Positions 1-8,560 of a stretch of DNA of 32,000 nt are shown piece after piece; the first letter of the stretch is position 1; each line of letters starts with the position of its first letter. Under the pieces are notes generated by a model, which saw only the letters and a list, made by a program, of their open reading frames with translations, made no database searches and was not told where the DNA came from. Source of the DNA: Phycisphaera mikurensis NBRC 102666 (GTDB lineage: Bacteria > Planctomycetota > Phycisphaerae > Phycisphaerales > Phycisphaeraceae); the NCBI RefSeq assembly GCF_000284115.1, contig NC_017080.1, positions 1,500,001 to 1,532,000 of the forward strand, written 5' to 3'. Both the position numbers and the translations under genes were made by a program.

Positions 1-41
1 CCGCCCGCCGGCCCGCCCGCGCGCCGGCGGGCCCGTCGTCG

Positions 42-728
42 GTGCTCCCGCCCACCCCGGCCGACGGCGTGGCCGCTCGCGCCCCGCGCCAGCGCTTGCC
101 GCCGACTCCCGCGACCGACACCGGCCGCGTCGCGGCGGCCCCCGCGGCGCCCGGCACCGCCGCGGCGACGCCCGCGTCCGCGGCGCCCGCCCCGGTGGCC
201 GTTCCCGCGCCCGCGACGCCGGAGCCGACGCCCGCGTCCGCGGCGCCCGCGACGGGCACCCCCGCGAGCGGGACCCTCTCAGGAGCGTCCCGGGCCGCGG
301 ACTCGGCGGCGTCATCGCCGGAGCCGCAGCCGGAGGCGGGCGACGCCGGAGCCGTGCCCGGCCGCTTCGCGGAGCTGATGGGCCGGTTGGGCTACACCCG
401 GGGCGAGGACCTCCAGCGGCTCTTCCGGGCGCGGGTCGAGCCGCGCAGCGTCCGCGACTTCGTCGACGCGGGCCACAACCCCACCGTCGACGAGCTGGTC
501 GCCGCCCGCGCCCTCGGCATCGACGGCTCCACCGCGCTGCGGGTGTCGCGTGCCGGCTACCGCTTCAGCGTCGCCGACCTGATCGAGCTCTCCGAGGCGG
601 GCGCCGACGCGGACTACGCCGTCGCCCTCGCCGATCCCCGCTTCCCGCCGCTCTCCAAGGATCAGCTGCTCGATCTGAAGAGCCGCGGCGTCACGCCGGA
701 GCAGGTGCAGGCGATCCGCAACCGCTGA
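42..728 (+). CDS. Hypothetical protein: Ala/Pro-rich low-complexity N-terminal half plus four ~27-30 aa helical-looking repeats; possibly 5'-truncated by the window edge
   Basis: ORF track 42..728. The frame has no stop back to position 3, so the start may lie upstream. The C-terminal half reads as repeated [DE]-L-x-x-L-x-x-x-G units (GEDLQRLFRARV, TVDELVAARALGI, SVADLIELSEAGA, SKDQLLDLKSRGV). A 24-nt exact duplication at 168-191 and 228-251 encodes TPASAAPA. No family recognised. Confidence 0.5.
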   Translation: MLPPTPADGVAARAPRQRLPPTPATDTGRVAAAPAAPGTAAATPASAAPAPVAVPAPATPEPTPASAAPATGTPASGTLSGASRAADSAASSPEPQPEAGDAGAVPGRFAELMGRLGYTRGEDLQRLFRARVEPRSVRDFVDAGHNPTVDELVAARALGIDGSTALRVSRAGYRFSVADLIELSEAGADADYAVALADPRFPPLSKDQLLDLKSRGVTPEQVQAIRNR

Positions 729-824
729 CGCGCGGCCCGCGGCCCGTCGCCCAGGCCGAGCGACGCGGACGCGGCGTTGCGCCCGCACGTCCGGCGGAGG
801 CGGAGGCGCAGACGGGAACTCCGC

Positions 825-870
825 CCGCGGACCGGCGGGCGTTCCGGCGCTTGGGACCCGCGGTCCGCGG
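825..870. repeat. 46-bp palindromic element, copy E (CCGCGGACCG-N26-CGGTCCGCGG); possible bidirectional terminator
   Basis: Both 10-bp arms are exact (825-834, 861-870) with a 26-nt interior. It lies between convergent ORF 42..728 (+) and tRNA-Pro (-), 12 nt past the tRNA 3' end. The interior shares CGGGCGTTCCG with the 22117 copy. Confidence 0.8.
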
Positions 871-882
871 AACCGGGCATCA

Positions 883-956
<74 letters not shown>

Positions 957-995
957 CGGGGTGCCGCAGCGTAGCTGCGGCCCGGCGTGGCGGGG

Positions 996-2075
996 TCATC
1001 CCGGTGCGGACGGGACCGCTTCCGCCAGGAACAGCGCGAGCAGGTCCCGGCACGCCTCCAGGTCCGCCTTGTGGCAGGCCTCGGTCACGGAGTGGATGTT
1101 GCGGGTGGGCACCGAGAGCGTGAAGGTGCGGGCACCGACGCCGGCGCGCTGGAGGCTGCCGGCATCGGTGCCGCCCCGCATCAGGATGCTGCGCTGGGTG
1201 GGCACGCCGTTCGCCTCGCCGAGCCGCTCGAACGCCTGGAGGATCCCCACGTCGGCGATGCTGGCGGAGTCCATCACGGTGAGGGCGACGCCCTTGCCGA
1301 AGGCGGTCGTCTGCTGGTGCGGGACGCCGCCGGGGGTGTCGACGCAGAGGGTGGTGTCCACGGCGATGCCGACGTGCGGCCGGGCGGTGTAGGCGCTGGT
1401 GAGGGCGCCACGCAGGCCGACCTCCTCCTGGACGGTGAACACGCAGTGCAGCTCGCAGGGGTGCGGCGTGGCGTCGGCCTCCAGCTTCCGGACGGCTTCC
1501 ACCAGCGCCCAGCAGGCGACGCGGTTGTCCATCGCCTGGCCCGCGACGGCGGGGCCCAGGTCCACGAAGGGCTGATCGAGGACGACCATGTCGCCGATTT
1601 TCACGCGCTTCTTGACCTCCTCCGCCGGGAGCGTGGTGTCGATCACCAGGTCGGTGAGGTCGGGCAGCTTCTTGCGGTCTTCCTCGGTCGCGAGGTGCAC
1701 CGGCTTCACGCCGGGGTTCATGAGACCGCGGAGGTCCCGTGACGGATCCGCGGGATCGGGGCAGATCGTCACGACCCGGGCGAAGAGGTTGCGGATGTCG
1801 AAGCCGCCCACCGGTTGCACGCGGAGGAAGCCGTCGTCGTCGATGAAGCGGACGAGGAAGCCGATCTGGTCCATGTGGGCGGCGACCATCACCCGCTGCG
1901 GCGGCTCCGCAGCCGGCCCCCGCGCCGAGCGCACGCACACAAGCGAGCCCAGCGGGTCCGTCGTGACCGTGTCGAAGAGGCCGGCCGCCTCCTCCTCCAG
2001 CAGCGCCCGCACGCGGTGCTCGCGGCCGGGCACGGCGGCGGTCTCGGAGAGTCGCTTCAACAGATCGAGGTTCAT
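996..2075 (-). CDS. M42-family metallo-aminopeptidase (FrvX/PepA-like)
   Basis: ORF track 996..2396 (-) trimmed to the internal ATG at 2075 (MNLDLLKRLSETAAVPGREHRV...). The upstream part of that ORF runs through the tandem repeat and is not protein-like. Motifs AAHMDQIGF, DNRVACW and QEEVGLRGA are typical of M42 peptidases. Confidence 0.88.
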   Translation of the reverse strand: MNLDLLKRLSETAAVPGREHRVRALLEEEAAGLFDTVTTDPLGSLVCVRSARGPAAEPPQRVMVAAHMDQIGFLVRFIDDDGFLRVQPVGGFDIRNLFARVVTICPDPADPSRDLRGLMNPGVKPVHLATEEDRKKLPDLTDLVIDTTLPAEEVKKRVKIGDMVVLDQPFVDLGPAVAGQAMDNRVACWALVEAVRKLEADATPHPCELHCVFTVQEEVGLRGALTSAYTARPHVGIAVDTTLCVDTPGGVPHQQTTAFGKGVALTVMDSASIADVGILQAFERLGEANGVPTQRSILMRGGTDAGSLQRAGVGARTFTLSVPTRNIHSVTEACHKADLEACRDLLALFLAEAVPSAPG

Positions 2076-2113
2076 AGGGCGGAAACCTACAGGCTCAAGC
2101 CCTCGACCCTCGA

Positions 2114-2384
2114 CACCTCGTCCAGAATCGGCCGATGCCCGGATGCCACGCCGCTGGCGGGGTGGGGTGTCCGCAAACACGCGGCCGATCGGTGACTCCG
2201 CCGGCGTCGCCTCCGCGGAAGCGGTGCGGCACCGACGGTAGACAAGCCCCAAACTCTCGCCACCTCGTCCAGAATCGGCCGATGCCCGGATGCCACGCCG
2301 CTGGCGGGGTGGGGTGTCCGCAGGACACGCGGCCGATCGGCGACCCCGCCGGCTTCGCCCCCGCGAAAGCGGTGCGGCACCGAC
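2114..2384. repeat. Tandem direct repeat: two ~123-bp units about 147-148 bp apart, in the divergent intergenic region
   Basis: Unit 1 is 2114-2236 and unit 2 is 2261-2384. The first 62 nt are identical (cacctcgtccagaatcggccgatgcccggatgccacgccgctggcggggtggggtgtccgca). The rest is roughly 85-90% identical with a 1-nt indel. Each unit carries CCGGATGCCACGCC...GGGGTGG, related to the arm of the 30625 inverted repeat. Confidence 0.9.
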
Positions 2385-2425
2385 TGTCCCGAGCATCGGA
2401 TTCTTTCGAAGAGACGTGTCGAAGG

Positions 2426-4648
2426 TTGGAGGCTCAAGCCGCTGGACCCCGCGGGCGGCGGGGCTTTACCCTCGCCGGCTTGACGCGACGCCGGACCGCT
2501 GCGACGGGAGCCTTCGCGGCGGCCACGGGTTTGCTCCTCCTGGCCGCGGGCGCGGGCGGTACGCCCTCCGGCGCGGCCGGCGTGGGCGCGGCGGTCGGCT
2601 GGCTGGGCGTGCTCGAGGCGGTGCTGCGGTCCAGCGGGCTGCTGGCGGGTTTCTGGCTGTCGGCTTGGGGGTTGGGCGGCCTGCTCGGCCCCCGCGTCGG
2701 GACCGGGCAGCGGCTCGCGGTCGGCGCCGCGGCGCTCCTGCTCGCGGGCTGGCTCGCGGCGTGGCTTCTGGGTGTCTCGCGGGGCGTCGCGGTGGGGGTC
2801 GCGGCGCCCGGCTGGCTGCTGCTGATCCGCGAGGCGCGGCGTCGGCCGGTGCGGCGGGTCCGCGTGGCCCGGCGGCCGGGCTCCCTCGCCCCGCTGCTGC
2901 TCGCGCCCGGGCTCGCCTTGCTGCTGCTGGCGGCCTGCCTGCCGCCGGGCGCGGTCTGGGGCGTCGAGGCCTTCGGCTACGACGCGCTGTCGTACCACCT
3001 GCAGATCCCGCGGGAGTGGCTCGCGGCGGGGCGGATGGCCTTCCTCCCCCACAACGTCTACGCGTCGCTGCCGGGCCTGATGGAGGCGGCGTACGCGCTG
3101 GCGATGGCCGCGCTGGGCGTGGACCCCGCCGCCGGGCCGCTCGCGGCCGACCGGGCTGCGCTCGCCGCGGTGCCCTGCCAGCTGCTGCACGCCGGCTTCG
3201 CGGTCGTCGCGGCGCTGTGCATCCGCGAGGCCACCGACCGCCGCGGCGTCGCCGGCTGGGCGGCGGGGGGCGCCTTCCTCGCGTTGCCCTGGGTCGTCGT
3301 CACCGGCTCCTCGGCGTACAACGAGGCGGCGGCGATCGCTTTGGGCGCGGCGGCGTTGGGGCTGGTCGCCGCGGACGGCGGGCCGCGCGGCCCGGTTCCG
3401 CCGGCGGTCCGCGGCGCGCTGATCGGCCTCTTGCTCGGTGCGGCCTGCCTCGCCAAGCCGACCGCCGGGTTCATGCTCGCGCTGCCGCTGGGTGGCTGGA
3501 TGCTCGGCCGCGCGCTGCTGGATCCCCGCAACCGCGTCGGCTCGCCGTGCGTGCCGGGCTTGATCGCGAGGCGGCGGAGGTCCGCTGCGCTGCGCAGCGT
3601 CGCGGTGGCGACCGCCGTGGGCTCGGCGGTCCTGTCGCCGTGGCTCCTGCGGAACGCGCTGTGGACCGGCAACCCGGTCCACCCCTTCGCCACCTCCACC
3701 CTCGGCCTGGGCCACTGGACGCCCGAGCTCGCCGCCCGCTGGGCCGAAGCGCACGCACGCCCCGCCGGCGCGGGCCTCGGCGTGCTCTGGCGGCAGTGGC
3801 TGGGCAACCTCGGCTTCGCCGCCGTCGGCGGTACGCCCGTCGCGGCTTCGGTCACCGACGTCGCACGCTTCGGCCGCGAGGGCGGCTTCCCGATCCTCTG
3901 GCTGCTCGCCGCATTGGGCGCCGGCTTCGCGTTCTCCCGCCGCCGAACCCGCGGGCTGGCCGCGGGCCTCGTGGGCCTGCTCGCGTTCCAGCTCGCCGCT
4001 TGGTGGCTGCTCACCCACCACCAGAGCCGCTTCCTCGTCTTCACCGCGCTGCCGGGAGCGGTGGCGGTGGGCCTGCTCGTCGCCCGGCCCGCCCGCTCGT
4101 GTCGCCGCGGCCCCGGCGTCGCGCTCGCCGGGCTGCTCGCGGTGCTCGCCGTGGCGGTGCCCGCCGCCGCCGGCTTCGCCGTGCTCTGGGGCCAGACCCG
4201 CGCGTTCCTGGATCCGGCGACGGGCCGGCCGGTCCGCGCCGCGCCCTGGGAGCTGGTCGGCGCCCTCGCCGCCCCCGGCGTCGAGGGGCTCGACACGCAC
4301 CCGCTGGACGCGCTGCCGCCGGGGAGCCGCGTCCTCGTCGTCGCCGACAACGGCGGCCTCTTCTACGCCGACACGCCGATCGTCTACGCCAGCGCCTTCG
4401 ACGAGAACCCGCTCGCCCCGCTCATGGACCGGGCCGCGGGCGATCCGGCCCTCCTCGCCGCAGATCTCCGCGCCGCCGGCATCACGCACGTCTGGATCGG
4501 CTGGAGCGAGCTCGCCCGGTTGGGCGCCACCTACGGCGTCGACCCGCGGCTGGACCCGGCCGCCCTCGGACGCATCACCGGCGGCTGGCCCGGCGAACGC
4601 ACGCCGACCCGTGCGCTGCTCCGCGTGCCGCCCGCGACCACCCGCTGA
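2426..4648 (+). CDS. Polytopic membrane protein, candidate GT-C-type (ArnT/PMT_2-like) glycosyltransferase; start uncertain
   Basis: This is the only frame with membrane-protein-like translation across 2.4-4.6 kb. It has many hydrophobic segments and an FGYDALSYHLQIPREW loop. The first in-frame ATG (MAFLPHNV) would delete several TM segments, so TTG 2426 or a downstream GTG is assumed. Function rests on general resemblance only. Confidence 0.55.
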   Translation: MEAQAAGPRGRRGFTLAGLTRRRTAATGAFAAATGLLLLAAGAGGTPSGAAGVGAAVGWLGVLEAVLRSSGLLAGFWLSAWGLGGLLGPRVGTGQRLAVGAAALLLAGWLAAWLLGVSRGVAVGVAAPGWLLLIREARRRPVRRVRVARRPGSLAPLLLAPGLALLLLAACLPPGAVWGVEAFGYDALSYHLQIPREWLAAGRMAFLPHNVYASLPGLMEAAYALAMAALGVDPAAGPLAADRAALAAVPCQLLHAGFAVVAALCIREATDRRGVAGWAAGGAFLALPWVVVTGSSAYNEAAAIALGAAALGLVAADGGPRGPVPPAVRGALIGLLLGAACLAKPTAGFMLALPLGGWMLGRALLDPRNRVGSPCVPGLIARRRRSAALRSVAVATAVGSAVLSPWLLRNALWTGNPVHPFATSTLGLGHWTPELAARWAEAHARPAGAGLGVLWRQWLGNLGFAAVGGTPVAASVTDVARFGREGGFPILWLLAALGAGFAFSRRRTRGLAAGLVGLLAFQLAAWWLLTHHQSRFLVFTALPGAVAVGLLVARPARSCRRGPGVALAGLLAVLAVAVPAAAGFAVLWGQTRAFLDPATGRPVRAAPWELVGALAAPGVEGLDTHPLDALPPGSRVLVVADNGGLFYADTPIVYASAFDENPLAPLMDRAAGDPALLAADLRAAGITHVWIGWSELARLGATYGVDPRLDPAALGRITGGWPGERTPTRALLRVPPATTR
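3369..3414. repeat. 46-bp palindromic element, variant copy F, inside a CDS
   Basis: Left arm CCGCGGACGG (9/10) at 3369-3378, right arm CGGTCCGCGG exact at 3405-3414, interior 26 nt. It is read as xCC GCG GAC ... GTC CGC GGx and encodes AADGGPRGPVPPAVRGA in the membrane protein. Confidence 0.6.
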
Positions 4649-4701
4649 CCCTTCGCCCGGGCGCCTCGCCCACGCGGTGGGCCCTCCGCGCTCCGGGAGG
4701 C

Positions 4702-5229
4702 TCAGAAGGTGAAGCCGGCGAGGTCCAGCGGGGCGGTCGCGTCCCAACCCGACTCCCCGAGCGGGTGGACCATGAGGTGCTCCGCCTCCTCGCGGACGAT
4801 CTCGCCCGTCCGGACGCCGCGCATGTCGATCCGCGTGATCGGGTTCTTCACGGCGACGAAGCCGGCTCGCGCGTAGATGCTCTCGACGCCGAAGAGCAGC
4901 ACCGCGTCCACACCCGCCGCGCGTCCCTCCCGCAGCGCCGCCTCCACCAGCGCCACGCCGATGCCGCGTCGGCGGAAGGCCGGATCCACCGCGACCTCCG
5001 CGATGCCGAGCACGTCGAGCACGCGGTAACCCAGCCGGACCGCCCGGTGGCACACCGCGAGGTGGCCGGCGAGCGTGCCGCCGACGCGGACGAGAAAGCG
5101 GGCGTGGTGCCGGTTCTGGAAGAAGCTTCGCCCGCCGAAGTCGGTGGGGAAGACGCGGCCGATCAACTCGGCGATCTCGCGGTCGAGGGCGGGTGCGAGG
5201 CGCAGCTCTTCGTGGCGTTCGACGTTCAT
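4702..5229 (-). CDS. GNAT-family N-acetyltransferase
   Basis: ORF track 175 aa. It has the acetyl-CoA-binding motif RRRGIGVALVEAAL (R-x-x-G-x-G/A) preceded by beta-strand IAEVAVDPAF. The size is typical of GNAT proteins. Confidence 0.85.
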   Translation of the reverse strand: MNVERHEELRLAPALDREIAELIGRVFPTDFGGRSFFQNRHHARFLVRVGGTLAGHLAVCHRAVRLGYRVLDVLGIAEVAVDPAFRRRGIGVALVEAALREGRAAGVDAVLLFGVESIYARAGFVAVKNPITRIDMRGVRTGEIVREEAEHLMVHPLGESGWDATAPLDLAGFTF

Positions 5230-5234
5230 GGTCC

Positions 5235-5291
5235 GCGGAGCTCCGCCACCGCGTGCCGCGGCGGCACGCTTCCGAGAGAACCTTCTATAAC
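5235..5291. promoter_or_regulatory. Divergent control region: two perfect palindromes plus an AT-rich -10-like box
   Basis: The 71-bp gap between the GNAT ATG (5229, -) and the oxidoreductase ATG (5301, +) holds three elements. They are GCGGAGCTCCGC (5235-5246, 12-bp palindrome), CGTGCCGC-G-GCGGCACG (5252-5268, 8+1+8 palindrome) and TATAAC (5286-5291), only 9 nt before the ATG. Confidence 0.4.
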
Positions 5292-5300
5292 TTATCGCGC

Positions 5301-6323
5301 ATGGTCAACGTCGGCGTCATCGGGCTCGGCAGCATGGGCAACACCCACCTGGCCGCCTACGGCAGCGTGCCGGGCTGCAGGGTCGTCGCGGTGGCCGACG
5401 CCGACGAGGGCCGCCGCACCGGCCGCACCGGGGCCGGCGGGAACATCGAGGGACAGGGCTCCGGCGGCGGCTTCGACTTCGCCAGCGTGAGGGCCTACGC
5501 CGACGCTTCGGAGCTGATCGCCGATCCCGAGGTCCACCTCGTCGACGTGTGCCTGCCCACGCCCCTGCACGCCCGCTTCGCCGTGGCCGCGCTCCGAGCC
5601 GGCAAGCACCTGATGGTCGAGAAGCCGCTCGCCCGGACCGCGGCCGAGGCGGACACCATCGTCGCCGCCGCGGAGGAGGCGTCCGCCGGCGGGCAGATCG
5701 CGATGTGCGGGATGTGCATGCGCTTCTGGCCGGGCTGGGTGTGGCTCAAGGAGGCGATCGACGACGGCCGTTTCGGGAGGGTGCTCCACGCCCGGTTCCG
5801 CCGCGTGACCTCGCACCCGCCGGGCTCCTTCTACGCCGACGGCGACGCCTGCGGCGGGGCGCTGCTGGACCTTCACGTCCACGACACCGACTTCGTGCGG
5901 CACGCCTTCGGCGCCCCCGAGGCCGTGTTCAGCCGCGGCTACGCGAAGCACACGTCGCGCCCGGACCACGTCTGCACGCAGTATCTCTTCGGGGACGGCG
6001 GCCCGGTGGTGACCGCCGAGGGCGGCTGGGCGATGCACGAGGGCTTCGGCTTCGAGATGCAGTACGCGGTGAATTTCGAGCGGGCCACGGCCGTCTTTGA
6101 CATCCACCAGGACCCGGTGCTCACGCTGATCGACGGCGAGGGCAAGCGGGCCGTCGACATCCCCGGCGGCATGGGCTACCAGCCCGAGCTCGCCTACCTC
6201 ATCGGCTGCGTGGAGCGGGGCGAAGCGCCTTCGACTGTCACGCTGGCGGACGCGGCGAACGCGCTGCGGATCGTCGAGGCCGAGGGCCGGAGCATCGCCA
6301 GCGGCCGGATCGAGGCGCTCTGA
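5301..6323 (+). CDS. Gfo/Idh/MocA-family NAD(P)-dependent oxidoreductase
   Basis: ORF 5193..6323 trimmed to ATG 5301 (MVNVGVIGLGSMGNTHL, a Rossmann GxGxxG). The EKPLA motif is followed by the typical C-terminal alpha/beta domain. Confidence 0.88.
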   Translation: MVNVGVIGLGSMGNTHLAAYGSVPGCRVVAVADADEGRRTGRTGAGGNIEGQGSGGGFDFASVRAYADASELIADPEVHLVDVCLPTPLHARFAVAALRAGKHLMVEKPLARTAAEADTIVAAAEEASAGGQIAMCGMCMRFWPGWVWLKEAIDDGRFGRVLHARFRRVTSHPPGSFYADGDACGGALLDLHVHDTDFVRHAFGAPEAVFSRGYAKHTSRPDHVCTQYLFGDGGPVVTAEGGWAMHEGFGFEMQYAVNFERATAVFDIHQDPVLTLIDGEGKRAVDIPGGMGYQPELAYLIGCVERGEAPSTVTLADAANALRIVEAEGRSIASGRIEAL

Positions 6324-6523
6324 TGCGCGTCCGCATCGCTCCGACGCACCATTGAGGCGCGTGCCGCGGCGCTCGCGGGATGCACGAGGGCGAGCAACGC
6401 CGCGACGCCGCCACCCCCACTGGATGTGGCACCCAGACCGCAGCACGCGGCGAGCCCGCATCCCCGACCGTGCGATGAAGACCTCATCGGCATGATGAAC
6501 GACCCCGCAGCCGACCACCGAGC

Positions 6524-8452
6524 ATGAGCACCACCACCCACCCCGTCGCCGCCACCGAACGCATCCCGGTGGAGATCCATCCGTCCTCCGCGGAGGCTTC
6601 CGCCGCGGTGGCCGCCGAGATCGCGCAGCTGATCCGCACCAAGCGGGCGGCGGGGGGCAACGCGGTGCTCGGCCTGGCCACCGGCTCGACGCCCACCGGC
6701 GTCTACGACGAGCTCATCCGGCTGCACCGCGAGGAAGGCCTCTCCTTCAAGGGCGTCAAGACCTTCAACCTCGACGAGTACGTGCCGATGGCGCCCGACG
6801 CGCTGCAGAGCTACCGGCGCTTCATGGACGAGCACCTCTTCGACCACGTCGACTTCGACGAGGGCGACACCCATGTCCCCGACGGCCTGCTCCCGGTGGA
6901 GGACACCGCGGCCGGCTGCGCCCGCTACGAGGAGCAGATCCAGGAGGCCGGCGGGCTCGATCTCCAGCTGCTGGGCATCGGCCGCACCGGGCACATCGGC
7001 TTCAACGAGCCCGGCTCGGGCAAGGACTCGCGGACGCGGCTGATCTGGCTCGACCGGCTGACCCGCGCCGACGCCGCGAGCGACTTCTTCGGCGCCGAGA
7101 ACGTCCCGCGCCGGGCGATCACGATGGGCGTGGGGACGATCATGGAGGCGAAGCGGATCGTCCTCATGGCCTGGGGCGAGGGGAAGGCGCCGGTGGTGGC
7201 GGCGGCGGTGGAGGGGCCGGAAACGCCCGCGGTCGCGGCGAGCTACCTGCAGACCCACCCCAACGCCACCTTCGTGCTCGACGAGGCGGCCTCGGCGGGG
7301 CTGACGCGGACGCGGTGCCCCTGGCTGGTGGGGAGCGTGGACTGGACGCCCCGGCGGCAGCGGTCCGCGGCGGTCTGGCTGGCCCAGCGTGCGGGCAAGC
7401 CGCTCCTGAAGCTCACCGACGAGGACTACAACGAGAGCGGGCTCCAGGAGCTCGTCGCCGAGCACGGCCCGGCGTACGACGTGAACCTGCGGGTGTTCCG
7501 GGAGCTGCAGCGGACGATCACCGGCTGGCCCGGCGGCAAGCCCAGCGAGCGGCGGCGGGCGGGGGACGTCCAGCGCGAGGGCGACGACGTGTTCCCCAAG
7601 CGGATCCTGATCTTCTCGCCGCACCCCGACGACGACGTGATCTCGATGGGCGGCACGCTGATCCGCCTGGTCGATCAGGGCCACGAGGTCCACGTGGCGT
7701 ACCAGGTCTCGGGCAACATCGCCGTCTTCGACGCCGACGCCGTCCGCTTCGCGGACTTCTACAGCGAGCTCGCCGGCACGCGGGGCTCCAGCCAGGAGGG
7801 CGTGCTGAAGGAGGTCGTCGACGAGGTCGACGCGAAGGAGCCCGGCGCCGTCGACGGCGAGCTGCTCAAGAGCATCAAGCAGATCATCCGCCGCGGCGAG
7901 TGCCGCGCGGCCGCGCGGCTGTGCGGGCTGCCCACCGACCGGCTGCACTTCCTCGACCTGCCCTTCTACGAGACCGGCAAGGTTCGCAAGAAGCCGCTCT
8001 CGCGGGAGGACGTCGACCTCACCGCGGCGTTGCTCGAGCGGATCAAGCCGCACCAGGTCTACGCCGCCGGCGACCTCTCCGACCCGCACGGCACGCACCG
8101 CGTGTGCCTCGCGGCGGTCATGCAGGCGTGCGAGCGGCTGAAGGACGAGGACTGGTTCGAGCAGACCGCGGTCTGGCTCTACCGCGGCGCCTGGCAGGAG
8201 TGGCTGCCCGAGCAGGTGGACATGGCGGTGCCGCTCTCGCCCGCGGAGCTGCTCAAGAAGCGTCAGGCGATCTTCAAGCACGAGAGCCAGAAGGACCGGG
8301 CGCCGTACCCCGGGACCGACGAGCGGGAGTTCTGGGAGCGTGCCGAGGAGCGCAACCGCAACACCGCCCGGCTGTACGACCGGCTGGGCCTGGCGGAGTA
8401 CGAGGCGATCGAAGCCTTCGTGCAGTGGAGCCCGGGGCAGGAGATCGGCTGA
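6524..8452 (+). CDS. nagB: Bifunctional-type glucosamine-6-phosphate deaminase (NagB) fused to an LmbE/PIG-L-family deacetylase domain
   Basis: The N-terminal ~260 aa carry NagB motifs (LGLATGSTP, FNLDEY, LGIGRTGHIGFNEPGS). The C-terminal ~270 aa carry LmbE/PIG-L motifs (ILIFSPHPDDDVISMGGT, DPHGTH). This long NagB form is known in Bacteroidota and Planctomycetota. Confidence 0.9.
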   Translation: MSTTTHPVAATERIPVEIHPSSAEASAAVAAEIAQLIRTKRAAGGNAVLGLATGSTPTGVYDELIRLHREEGLSFKGVKTFNLDEYVPMAPDALQSYRRFMDEHLFDHVDFDEGDTHVPDGLLPVEDTAAGCARYEEQIQEAGGLDLQLLGIGRTGHIGFNEPGSGKDSRTRLIWLDRLTRADAASDFFGAENVPRRAITMGVGTIMEAKRIVLMAWGEGKAPVVAAAVEGPETPAVAASYLQTHPNATFVLDEAASAGLTRTRCPWLVGSVDWTPRRQRSAAVWLAQRAGKPLLKLTDEDYNESGLQELVAEHGPAYDVNLRVFRELQRTITGWPGGKPSERRRAGDVQREGDDVFPKRILIFSPHPDDDVISMGGTLIRLVDQGHEVHVAYQVSGNIAVFDADAVRFADFYSELAGTRGSSQEGVLKEVVDEVDAKEPGAVDGELLKSIKQIIRRGECRAAARLCGLPTDRLHFLDLPFYETGKVRKKPLSREDVDLTAALLERIKPHQVYAAGDLSDPHGTHRVCLAAVMQACERLKDEDWFEQTAVWLYRGAWQEWLPEQVDMAVPLSPAELLKKRQAIFKHESQKDRAPYPGTDEREFWERAEERNRNTARLYDRLGLAEYEAIEAFVQWSPGQEIG

Positions 8453-8458
8453 CCGAAG

Positions 8459-8504
8459 CCGCGGACCGTCGGCGGTTTCAGCGCGAAACCTCCACGGTCC
8501 GCGG
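8459..8504. repeat. 46-bp palindromic element, copy A; likely nagB terminator hairpin
   Basis: The arms are exact and extend to 11 bp (CCGCGGACCGT / ACGGTCCGCGG). The interior has its own stem GGTTTC-agcgc-GAAACC. It starts 6 nt after the nagB stop codon. Confidence 0.85.
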
Positions 8505-8560
8505 TCTCCAGCCGAAGCCCGCCGGGGCGGCGCGAGCGCAACTCGCGAACCCGAGGAGGC

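Noticed and set aside
2114-2384. The tandem repeat as a possible CRISPR array
   Set aside because: There are only two ~123-bp units with a 24-bp gap. There is no short-repeat/unique-spacer alternation and no cas genes in the window.
2087-5053. A 988-aa minus-strand ORF, and the 1066-aa plus-strand ORF 2290..5490, overlapping the membrane-protein and GNAT genes
   Set aside because: Their translations are Arg/Gly/Pro/Ala-rich strings with no domain-like segments. Stop-codon scarcity at this GC content produces such ORFs. The 2135..4648 frame gives a coherent polytopic membrane protein, and 4702..5229 (-) a clean GNAT.
5230-5239. Half-site-like GGTCCGCGG next to the GNAT start, and another at 10389-10398
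   Set aside because: Each matches the arm only 9/10 and has no inverted partner 36 nt away. They are not treated as copies of the 46-bp element.
7361-7370. An orphan CGGTCCGCGG in nagB, and orphan CCGCGGACCG 10-mers at 11110-11119 and 21786-21795
   Set aside because: None has a partner arm at the 36-nt offset, so they are not counted as elements. They may be chance codon strings (A-D-R, V-R-G) or remnants.
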